From Elusimicrobiota bacterium (GTDB lineage Bacteria > Elusimicrobiota > Elusimicrobia > UBA1565 > UBA9628), in assembly GCA_027319565.1 (NCBI GenBank), contig DAHVNA010000005.1, positions 548 to 64,547 on the forward strand: a stretch of DNA of 64,000 nucleotides, in the 5' to 3' direction. Below, piece after piece: positions 9,957-18,129 of this stretch. Positions within the stretch are counted from its first letter, which is position 1, and the number at the start of each line of letters is the position of its first letter. Made by a program: the position numbers and the translations under genes. The notes beneath the pieces were generated by a model. That model worked only from the letters and a program-made list of their open reading frames with translations, was not told the DNA's origin and searched no databases.

Positions 9957-10757
9957 CTACAAAGTTTTAGCCGTATCCGGCTTGACAAAAATTTTTCCGC
10001 TGGAAAAAGAACGCATATCAACGAAGAAATTGCCTTTAACATAGGTCTTAGCGTCCGCCATAACGGCGTTGAGCCTCTTAAGCTTATCCTCCGTCCACTT
10101 AAGATCTCCCCAATCAACTCGGGTTCCGTCATTTAAAGTCAAGAGCCATCCATTGACCAAAGACTGATAGCGCAGACTTTCAATCGGAGACGAAAGCGGC
10201 AAAGACGAAATCTTTTTAAGAAAAGCGGCTATCTGAGCCAAGGCCTTAGGATCCATTTTCGCGTCTAAAATTTTGGGAACAGGATTTTGATACAACTCCT
10301 GCGGGGCTTTAAAAAGTTTCCCCTGTTTATCCAGAAAGCTTGAATTGCCATCCTTCATAACGACGGCGATCGCTTGGCGTAAAACAACATGATAAATTAA
10401 GCTTTGAGAAAAAAAATCTCGCCGGAGATGAACCGATTCCAAAAAGGGAAAATGCGCCAAGATATCCGAGCTTTTATTTTTCCAAGAATGGACGCTTTGG
10501 GATTTAAGAAAAGAAAGAATTTCAGGTTTTAAAGATTCAGGCGCGCCCTCAACCGCCACTGTTTTGGGGGCGGGAATTGACCCGGAAATCGAGTTTTCGA
10601 TCAAGAAAGCGGATTTTTTTAAGCGCGACCAACTTAAAACCAGAGAAGTCCCCAGGACAAACATCGCAAGCACGAACAGAATCTTGCGCTTTCGCGCCTT
10701 CCGCTCTTGCGGCCTTAAAGCCACCTTGAGATTTCTATGCGAAACAGAGCCTTTCAT
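9957..10757 (-). CDS. ftsQ: Cell division protein FtsQ/DivIB (divergent)
   Basis: Basic N-terminus, single TM, POTRA-like region and C-terminal VDMR; lies between murB and ftsA. Confidence 0.75.
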   Translation of the reverse strand: MKGSVSHRNLKVALRPQERKARKRKILFVLAMFVLGTSLVLSWSRLKKSAFLIENSISGSIPAPKTVAVEGAPESLKPEILSFLKSQSVHSWKNKSSDILAHFPFLESVHLRRDFFSQSLIYHVVLRQAIAVVMKDGNSSFLDKQGKLFKAPQELYQNPVPKILDAKMDPKALAQIAAFLKKISSLPLSSPIESLRYQSLVNGWLLTLNDGTRVDWGDLKWTEDKLKRLNAVMADAKTYVKGNFFVDMRSFSSGKIFVKPDTAKTL

Positions 10758-11662
10758 AACGAGCGCCCAACGACCTTGATTTCAAGCTCAAGACTCACCC
10801 CCGCCTCCGCCTTGATTTTTTGCTGTATTTTTTCGATCAGATCCAGCACATCCGAGGCCTTGGCGTTGTTAAAATTTTCAATAAAATTGGCATGGACAGG
10901 GGAGACGCGTGCGCCGCCCGAGGATATTCCCTTAAGCCCGGCTTTTTCAATTAACTCCGCGGCAAAAAAACCATTGGGGTTTTTAAAAATAGAACCAATA
11001 TTAAAGGTATGCACGGGCTGAGTTTTTAAGCGTTTTTCTTGATGAACCGCAACGCGCTTCATTATATCAACTTTCTCGCCTTCTCTCAATCGCAAAAGAG
11101 CCGATAAAACCACGCGTCCCGAAAGCCCGCTTGAGCGGTAAGAGAAATTGACTCGGGATGAATCAATGAACTCCGATTTAAAAGAGCGCGGATCGAAAAT
11201 CTCGATATCCTGAATTAAAGCGCCAATTTCAAGATCGCGCGTTCCGGCATTCATCATCACGGCTCCGCCCAAGGTGCCGGGAATGCCAACCAATGGCTCC
11301 GCTCCCCCTAAACCGTGATTGGCCGCGACGGAAATAAACTGGGGAATTCGCACGCCGGCCCCAACGCGGACAAGGCCTTTTTCCAAGAAATCGATCTTTT
11401 CAAAGTCGCCTTTGAGAACAGCCACCACCCCCGCGATTCCACCATCCAGGATCAGCAAATTAGAGCCCCAACCCATGAAAAAAACGGGAATATCCACCTG
11501 CCGGCTAAAGCGCATTAAGGTTTCCAGCTCAAGGCGATTATTGATTTCAAGGTAAGCCTCAGAGGGCCCGCCAATCTTAAAAGTCGTGTAGCGCGCCAAT
11601 GGTTCCCCGAAGCGCGCTTGAGGGAAAATCTTTTTCAGAGCTTCTTTCCAATCCGCTTGCAT
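10754..11662 (-). CDS. murB: UDP-N-acetylenolpyruvoylglucosamine reductase
   Basis: TTFKIGG, GWGSNLL, GIPGTLGGAVMMNAG, GSIFKNP, HANF. Confidence 0.97.
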   Translation of the reverse strand: MQADWKEALKKIFPQARFGEPLARYTTFKIGGPSEAYLEINNRLELETLMRFSRQVDIPVFFMGWGSNLLILDGGIAGVVAVLKGDFEKIDFLEKGLVRVGAGVRIPQFISVAANHGLGGAEPLVGIPGTLGGAVMMNAGTRDLEIGALIQDIEIFDPRSFKSEFIDSSRVNFSYRSSGLSGRVVLSALLRLREGEKVDIMKRVAVHQEKRLKTQPVHTFNIGSIFKNPNGFFAAELIEKAGLKGISSGGARVSPVHANFIENFNNAKASDVLDLIEKIQQKIKAEAGVSLELEIKVVGRSL

Positions 11663-11850
11663 TAAATACAAGCTTAACAAATGGGCCTCTTGTAATTCTA
11701 TAGACGGAAATCAAAAAAAGGCAACGTCCCAATCACTACTCAGCTTATCCAGACAATTAAATAGACTGCTTAATATGTATATTAGGAGAAAGGGCGAATC
11801 CTTTTTGAGATTTATTAATCTAAAGGATAGAAGGGCCTTGGAGGCGCAAC

Positions 11851-13380
11851 ATGAATCAGAAAAAAAATTCGGGCTTTTATTTGAGGGGGGCTCTATTCTC
11901 AGTTTCCCTTTTTGTTTTTCCGCGCATTTTGACGGCCGCGACCTGGATGGTTCCCGTCGCGCCTCAGGGGCCTTTTGACCGGGTTTACTATCCGCAAAAT
12001 GCGCCGGTGGGTTCCGACTTAAGTGTCGGGCCGCTTGAATGGACGCAAATGAATCTCGGGGCCGATCACAATGCGGACGTTCCTCTATTAGGGCAAATGC
12101 CGCCGTGGTCTAAAAATGGAGTTTCTTGGAGATTTGCGGAAGCTCGGGCTTGGCCTTTGGAAAACAAAGATCCATTCGGAACCCATATCTACGGCGAAGT
12201 TGAGGCGGGCGCGGTTCAAACTCAGTTTTACGGAAACGCTCTTGGAGTTTCCGTTGTTGATGGAATCCTCTATGCCGAAAGCGATGATATGTTTGCCTAC
12301 GCCTTAAACATGAAAACGGGGCAGTTGATCTGGCGCACGAGTCCGGTGGGAAATCATTTAATGGGAAATCCCATTGTTAAAGGCCGTTTTGTTTATTTGT
12401 CGGCGGGTGGAGTGGGATTTAATTTCGCAAACGTCGTCAAATACGCAAAAACCCCTTACAAAGCCGTTCGAGGAATGGATTTTAGTTATAACGGAATCTA
12501 TGCTTTGGATCGCTTGACCGGCCGTCTTATTTGGCGACATTCAAGCGTGGGCGAAGCCATGCCAACTCCCGCCGTCCATGGAGATGTTCTTTATTTCGCG
12601 ACCGGAAGCGGCTCTGTCCATGCCGTTAACCGCCACACCGGCCAAACAATATGGACGACTCACTTAACGGGAAGCGACAATATGTCGAGTCCCGCCTACT
12701 ATCAAGGCAAACTTTATCTTGCTCTCGCCATTAAACCGCGCCTTTATTGTCTTGACGCCAAGACCGGAAAGGTTTTATGGAAAAACACGCTTCCCGGCGC
12801 GGCCAATACCGGAATGGGAGACGTCTCTCCGGCTGTTTCAAACGGCGTCGTCATTATGGACGCAGTCACTCATCCCAAAATCGTAAGAGGTAAAACGACG
12901 CTAGATCCAGTGATTCGGGCTTTTGATTCTGATTCCGGCGCGCCGCTTTGGACCGCGTCCATGGGACGAGGCCCCAAACCTCCGGCTTTTAAAGGCGGGG
13001 TTCCCATGATTTATGGAGGAGTGGTTTATGTCGGTTCGCCAGTCAACGGAGCTTATCAGGCGCGCGATTTAAAAACCGGAAAACTGTTGTGGAAATGGAA
13101 TAAAATTTCTTCGGCCAGAAGCGCGCCTACCATGGATGACAACATCCTTTATATCGCCGGCGCGGAAAGCGTTTATGCGCTCAATCCGCGAACTGGGAAA
13201 GAAATAGGACACATCAAGATCGGCGGAAGAATGGGAATTGTGAGCCCGACAATCGTTGGGGGGACAATTTATTTGTCCAATACCTGGGATTGGATTGTCG
13301 CGACTCCAAAACAAGATGTTTTAACCTCCAATCAAGAGAAACAGAAACAAACGCAGCCAGCCCAACAGAAAAACAATTAG
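11851..13380 (+). CDS. tetH: Secreted PQQ-like beta-propeller, probable tetrathionate hydrolase
   Basis: Signal peptide; motifs EARAWPL, QTQFYGNALG, YAESDDMFAYA, LMGNP, FNFANV, DNMSS, AIKP.LYCL, NTGMGDVSP, PAFKGGVPMI and SNTWDWI match the Acidithiobacillus TetH sequence as recalled; GGAGG RBS. Confidence 0.85.
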   Translation: MNQKKNSGFYLRGALFSVSLFVFPRILTAATWMVPVAPQGPFDRVYYPQNAPVGSDLSVGPLEWTQMNLGADHNADVPLLGQMPPWSKNGVSWRFAEARAWPLENKDPFGTHIYGEVEAGAVQTQFYGNALGVSVVDGILYAESDDMFAYALNMKTGQLIWRTSPVGNHLMGNPIVKGRFVYLSAGGVGFNFANVVKYAKTPYKAVRGMDFSYNGIYALDRLTGRLIWRHSSVGEAMPTPAVHGDVLYFATGSGSVHAVNRHTGQTIWTTHLTGSDNMSSPAYYQGKLYLALAIKPRLYCLDAKTGKVLWKNTLPGAANTGMGDVSPAVSNGVVIMDAVTHPKIVRGKTTLDPVIRAFDSDSGAPLWTASMGRGPKPPAFKGGVPMIYGGVVYVGSPVNGAYQARDLKTGKLLWKWNKISSARSAPTMDDNILYIAGAESVYALNPRTGKEIGHIKIGGRMGIVSPTIVGGTIYLSNTWDWIVATPKQDVLTSNQEKQKQTQPAQQKNN

Positions 13381-13392
13381 AAGGAAATCGCC

Positions 13393-14238
13393 CTAGTGGA
13401 TTTGAAAGCGATGGGAATAAGTAAAGGAATAGACATTATTCTTTTCCCCACTCCCCACTTCTGTTGCCCAGGCGGGGATATAGGTGAGAGTAAAATTAAG
13501 GGGACGATAGACCACAGAAATTCCGCCGCCGGCGGCGGTGTTGTCAGCGGAACTGGGCAGTAAAGCGCTTCCCGAGCTTGTCGCTTGACTTGTTTGAGCC
13601 GTGGGCGTTCCGCTGACGATATAACCAAAAAGAATCCATCTTAAAAATCCGGTGTTAAACTGCGGGGCAATTCCGGCGTCATATGAAAATCCCTGGGCAT
13701 TATAAATATTTCCAATCCCGGAATCATTTTCCATGAGATTGCGATATCCCATTCCCACCAGAATCGGCAGTCTAAAATTATTTCCCGAAAACGGATCAAA
13801 AACGATGTCGGCATTGGCGAGAGAACCGTTCGAAGTGGCCTTATCACCGCTAAAGTCCGTGCCTGATAAATGCCCGTATCCCGCCATGACGCCGATGCCC
13901 CAGTGATCGGTAAGGCTGTAAATTGCGGAAGTTCCAATTCCTTCGCCATTCATCTTCCAGGTTGAATTAGGCGTTGCTGGACAGGAACCCGAACAACTTT
14001 CAGAAAGAGCATATTGATCATAGCCTGGGGAAACGGAAACATCCAACGCCCCGGAAGAAAGCGGCTTGGTGGGAAGAGAAGAAGCCATCAGGTATCCCAT
14101 CATTTCCTTAATATCCGAAGCGGCGACCGGCGATTGAAAACAAAAAACAATCGCGGCACACAAAATAATTTTCTCAAACAAGTTCAGATGCCAGCGACAA
14201 GAGTTCTGTTCCCCGAGATTTTTCAAGGTATACTCCAT
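13393..14238 (-). CDS. Hypothetical exported protein, probable outer-membrane beta-barrel
   Basis: Hydrophobic signal-like segment, alternating aromatic/Gly strands, C-terminal YSFTYSHRF; ATG at 14238 follows TTGCAA-17-TATATT. Confidence 0.6.
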   Translation of the reverse strand: MEYTLKNLGEQNSCRWHLNLFEKIILCAAIVFCFQSPVAASDIKEMMGYLMASSLPTKPLSSGALDVSVSPGYDQYALSESCSGSCPATPNSTWKMNGEGIGTSAIYSLTDHWGIGVMAGYGHLSGTDFSGDKATSNGSLANADIVFDPFSGNNFRLPILVGMGYRNLMENDSGIGNIYNAQGFSYDAGIAPQFNTGFLRWILFGYIVSGTPTAQTSQATSSGSALLPSSADNTAAGGGISVVYRPLNFTLTYIPAWATEVGSGEKNNVYSFTYSHRFQIH

Positions 14239-14313
14239 TGACAAATAATATAGAAGAATCCTCTCCCCCTTGCAAGAGAGCTCCAACGCATCCACAAAGC
14301 CCCCGAAAAAAAT

Positions 14314-14380
14314 AGGTCCTTTGACCCAAAGCCATCTGGGCCTTTTGGCCCTGTTGGACTTTTAAAAATTATCTTACACT
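14314..14380 (+). promoter_or_regulatory. Tandem palindromic boxes plus -10 element upstream of the double-AAA protease gene
   Basis: AGGTCCTTTGACCC (14314-14327), GGGCCTTTTGGCCC (14338-14351), 23 nt, TACACT (14375-14380), ATG at 14388. Confidence 0.6.
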
Positions 14381-14387
14381 CAAACAG

Positions 14388-17300
14388 ATGAGAAAAATAA
14401 TCGCTCTGCTTATCACCGCCACTCTCTGCGCGCCTGGTCCTCTTTTCGCTGAAAGTTTAGAAACTTCTTTTCAAGCGGAAACTCCCGCCCAAGTTCTTAG
14501 CCTTACGCAATCTCCTCTTAATATAGAATCCGCGAGTACAATTCCCGCCGATAATTTAAGCCCGGTCGGTTTTGAAAACGGAGAATCTCTCTCAGAAACG
14601 CCTCTTCAACGAATGCATTCTCCCAAAACGCTCAATCGGGTGAGAATTCTTGAACTTAAGCCCGAGACGCCCGCGCTAAAAGAAAAAGCGAGTCCGGTTC
14701 AAAAAATAAAAGGGCGCATCTCTAAAACCATCCAATACGCGAAAAAATCAATCAAGGTTAATCGCCAAAACCTCGCGGGAAATCTCTCTCAATTTTTCGA
14801 TCGCTCGGCGCATTTTTCAAACTACAAAGACTCTCCCGTCATCACCCCCTCTGGAAAAGAAACTCGGTCTTTAAAACCTTGGCAGAAGGCGGGAACTCTA
14901 GCAACGGCGACTGCGTCTCTGACCAAAGTTCAAAGCGCCATCGCAAGTCCTCTCGCGACTCCGCAAAACGCGCCGGTTCAACACTCTCTTTTAACTTCCC
15001 TTTTTAGCGCCAGCGGACTCACTCATCTGGTTCTCACCGCCGCTGCGGTTGTCTTTACTTATTGGGTTTGGAAAAAATTTGGATCCAACTTGCGCCAAAA
15101 AATTTCTGATTGGAAAAATAACAGAAGCAAAAGCTGGAAAGAAAGCGCTCGAAAACAAAAAGAGGAAAATGCGCCCGTTTCCTCTATTACCTTCGCCGAT
15201 GTCGCCGGGCAAGACAAAGCCGTCAGCGAGGTCAGAAAAATCATTTCCGCCTTTGAGTCTCCCTCTAAATATAAAAGCGTGAACGCCCGTTTTAAGCCTC
15301 GAAACGCCTTCCTGCTCGTTGGCCCGCCGGGAACGGGAAAAACCCTCTTAGCCGAGGCTGTGGCCGGAGAACTTAAACTCGACAAGAGTTCTTTTTTCAA
15401 AACCGACGGTTCTTCGTTTATGAACAAATTTGTCGGAGTCGGCCCCGATGCCGTTCGCAAATTTTTTGAGAAAGCGCGAGAACAAAGCAAAAAATCGGGG
15501 AAGCCTTCCCTGATATTTATCGATGAAATCGATGGATTCGGAAACCGCGGCGGAAACGCCGACAGCGGAGCCGACCACGAAAAACAAATGACCATCGGCG
15601 CTCTTCTAACTGAAATGAACAACCTCTCGGGACCGGACTATAACGTTCTGGTCATCGGCGCCACCAACGAATTCGGAAAACTCGACAAAGCTCTTAAGCG
15701 CTCGGGCCGGTTTGGAACGCATATCGCGCTTGAAAATCCCGATCTTCAAGGACGCGAGAGCATCTTGCGCCTCCACACGAAAGAGGCGCGCTTATCCTCG
15801 GATGTCGATCTCCATAAAATCGCGGAAAAGATAACGGGCTTTTCGGGAGCCGACATCGAAGCGGTCGCCCAAAGGGCGACTGAAATCGCCGTTGAAGACA
15901 ATCAAGCCGACTTTATTTCTCAAGCCGATTTTGAAAAAGCGGTCGAAGGCATCAAAGAAAACATCAATCAAAAGGCCAAAGCCGTCGATAGCTCCAACAA
16001 CTCCTCTACGATATCCGTTCAATTTGAGGACCCCGAAACCATGACGACCGGATTTTCCCAGATCGCCGGACAAGACGAGGCTAAAGCGGAAGTCGCGGAA
16101 CTCGTCGAGCAAGTCAAAAATCGGTCGCGCTATCTTGAGATTAACCCGCAATTCCGCCCGCTGCGCGGAGCTCTATTATTTGGACCTCCGGGAACGGGAA
16201 AAACCTTGATGGCCCGGGCGATCGCGAAAGAATCCGGAGCCCTTTTCTTTAAAGTAGACGGAACCGAATTTCTCAAAAAGTTCGTAGGCGAAGGCCCCCA
16301 GGCGGTGCGGGATATTTTCGAGGCCGCGTCCTATGAATCTAAAAGAGAGAAAAAGCCGGCCATCATATTCATCGATGAAATTGACGCCATCGGCCGCGCC
16401 CGAGGTTCGGATCTAAACGGAAGCCAAGACGCCCTGGTCAACCAGCTTTTAACCGCCATTGACGGATTTAAAACCGAAAATAATGTCACCGTCATCGGGG
16501 CGACCAATAAGCCGGAATCTCTCGACCCCGCTTTAACTCGCGGCGGCCGGCTTGAACTTCAAATTCCCATCGGGCTTCCCGATGTCTTGGGGAGAGAAGG
16601 AATTCTCAAGGTCCACACCCAGGGTATCGCGCTGGATTCCAGCGTCAACCTCAGGGAAATCGCGCAACAAACTGCGGGTTTTTCCGGAGCGGATATGGAA
16701 AGCCTGGTCATGAAAGCGACTTCCGCCTCCATTAAACGCGGAGCCAAGGCCCTTTCCGAAACGGATTTTATTTCTTCAATCGATCGCGTCCAGCTGGGAA
16801 TGGAGAGAAAACTCGTCATGCCGGAAGATGAAAAAGAAGTCGTCGCCTATCATGAAACCGGACACGCCCTGGTCTCCCATCTTCTGCCGGACTCCGACCC
16901 CATCCGCAAAGTCACCATCGTCCCGCATGGCCTTAACGCCTTGGGGTTGATGCAAGCGGTCTCCGATGTCGAGAGAAGAATTCAAAGCCGCTCCTATCTA
17001 GTCGCCCGAATGGCGGTCGCCTTGGGCGGAAGAGCCGGGGAAGAACTCCTAAATGAGAGAATTTACGGGAAAAAAGAAAATTTCTCCGGGGCATCCAACG
17101 ATCTTGAGAAAGCGACTGAAATCGCCAGATATATGGTGATGAAATTTGGGATGTCCGACAAAATCGGGTTGGTCAGCTACGGATTTGAAAACGAGCGGCA
17201 AAATCAGAAGCCAATGAGCGAAGAAACTTCCAAGGCCATTGAAGCCGAGGTGAAATCTCTTGTAGAACAAGCCTATCATACGGCGAGAGAGACCCTTGAA

Positions 17301-17411
17301 AACAACTGGGAAACCTTTAAAGCCGCCGCGGAAGAGCTTAAGAAAAAAGAAACTCTCCGCGGGGAAGATTTCGATCGCTTAATTCCCAAGGCCCAAAACC
17401 TCAAAAAATAA
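14388..17411 (+). CDS. FtsH-like metalloprotease with two tandem AAA+ domains
   Basis: Signal peptide, one TM, two GPPGTGKT / IFIDEID / SRH modules, then an M41 protease domain (YHETGHA, LGGRAGEE, GASNDL). Confidence 0.9.
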   Translation: MRKIIALLITATLCAPGPLFAESLETSFQAETPAQVLSLTQSPLNIESASTIPADNLSPVGFENGESLSETPLQRMHSPKTLNRVRILELKPETPALKEKASPVQKIKGRISKTIQYAKKSIKVNRQNLAGNLSQFFDRSAHFSNYKDSPVITPSGKETRSLKPWQKAGTLATATASLTKVQSAIASPLATPQNAPVQHSLLTSLFSASGLTHLVLTAAAVVFTYWVWKKFGSNLRQKISDWKNNRSKSWKESARKQKEENAPVSSITFADVAGQDKAVSEVRKIISAFESPSKYKSVNARFKPRNAFLLVGPPGTGKTLLAEAVAGELKLDKSSFFKTDGSSFMNKFVGVGPDAVRKFFEKAREQSKKSGKPSLIFIDEIDGFGNRGGNADSGADHEKQMTIGALLTEMNNLSGPDYNVLVIGATNEFGKLDKALKRSGRFGTHIALENPDLQGRESILRLHTKEARLSSDVDLHKIAEKITGFSGADIEAVAQRATEIAVEDNQADFISQADFEKAVEGIKENINQKAKAVDSSNNSSTISVQFEDPETMTTGFSQIAGQDEAKAEVAELVEQVKNRSRYLEINPQFRPLRGALLFGPPGTGKTLMARAIAKESGALFFKVDGTEFLKKFVGEGPQAVRDIFEAASYESKREKKPAIIFIDEIDAIGRARGSDLNGSQDALVNQLLTAIDGFKTENNVTVIGATNKPESLDPALTRGGRLELQIPIGLPDVLGREGILKVHTQGIALDSSVNLREIAQQTAGFSGADMESLVMKATSASIKRGAKALSETDFISSIDRVQLGMERKLVMPEDEKEVVAYHETGHALVSHLLPDSDPIRKVTIVPHGLNALGLMQAVSDVERRIQSRSYLVARMAVALGGRAGEELLNERIYGKKENFSGASNDLEKATEIARYMVMKFGMSDKIGLVSYGFENERQNQKPMSEETSKAIEAEVKSLVEQAYHTARETLENNWETFKAAAEELKKKETLRGEDFDRLIPKAQNLKK

Positions 17412-17454
17412 AGTTCCAGACGGTAGGGCGCTTCCCCTTTTTGTATAATAAGGC

Positions 17455-18129
17455 GTGGATCAGTCTCTTATTTTCAATTATTTAAAGCGCACGCGCATCA
17501 TCGAAGCGCCCAAGTCAACCTTGGCGACCTTTGGGGCGACCCATATTGAGTATCACCTCATCTCTCCCATTGACAACCTTAAGGATAAAACGCGCTTAAG
17601 GCAAGGGGAAGTGGTCAGTTCAAAGCCCCAGATTATTACGCCTCAAAGCCTCTCCGAGAGATTTGAAGGCTTTGGCCCCGAATCGGATGAGTTCGCCAGC
17701 TGGCTTAAATCGAGCTACGGAGAATTTTTAAGAGCGCTGGAATATCAATTTCAAAACAAGGGTTTTTCAGCCCAAGTGATTTCCGAGTCTCCCAAAGAAG
17801 TGGCTACGCGAATTCAACTCGACATTCAATCGCGAAAACTGTCCAACCAAGCCGTCATCAGCTGTCCGGACGCCGCGTGGTCCTTGGCATTGATGAAGTT
17901 TACGCTCGATGAATCGGCCCGCTCTTTTCCCGTTCATCTGCGCGACATGGAACGCCGCGGAATGTTTAACCCGGAAAAATTCCAGGAAGACCGACACCGG
18001 AGGGAAATCGAATCTTTGTTTGAAAAAGCCGCGTCTGGAGACAAAGATATTTTGCCGGTCCTAGGAACGAAATTAAAAGATTATGGGCTTTTCCCGGAAT
18101 ACGAAGACCGCTACCTCAGCTTCTTTTAA
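17455..18129 (+). CDS. Conserved-looking cytoplasmic hypothetical protein
   Basis: 224-aa ORF with GTG start 5 nt after TATAAT; LATFG...FEGFG motifs; function unknown. Confidence 0.7.
   Translation: MDQSLIFNYLKRTRIIEAPKSTLATFGATHIEYHLISPIDNLKDKTRLRQGEVVSSKPQIITPQSLSERFEGFGPESDEFASWLKSSYGEFLRALEYQFQNKGFSAQVISESPKEVATRIQLDIQSRKLSNQAVISCPDAAWSLALMKFTLDESARSFPVHLRDMERRGMFNPEKFQEDRHRREIESLFEKAASGDKDILPVLGTKLKDYGLFPEYEDRYLSFF

Noticed and set aside
11851..13380. Annotation as BamB or a PQQ-dependent dehydrogenase
   Set aside because: No lipobox, and the TetH-specific motifs and catalytic residues fit much better
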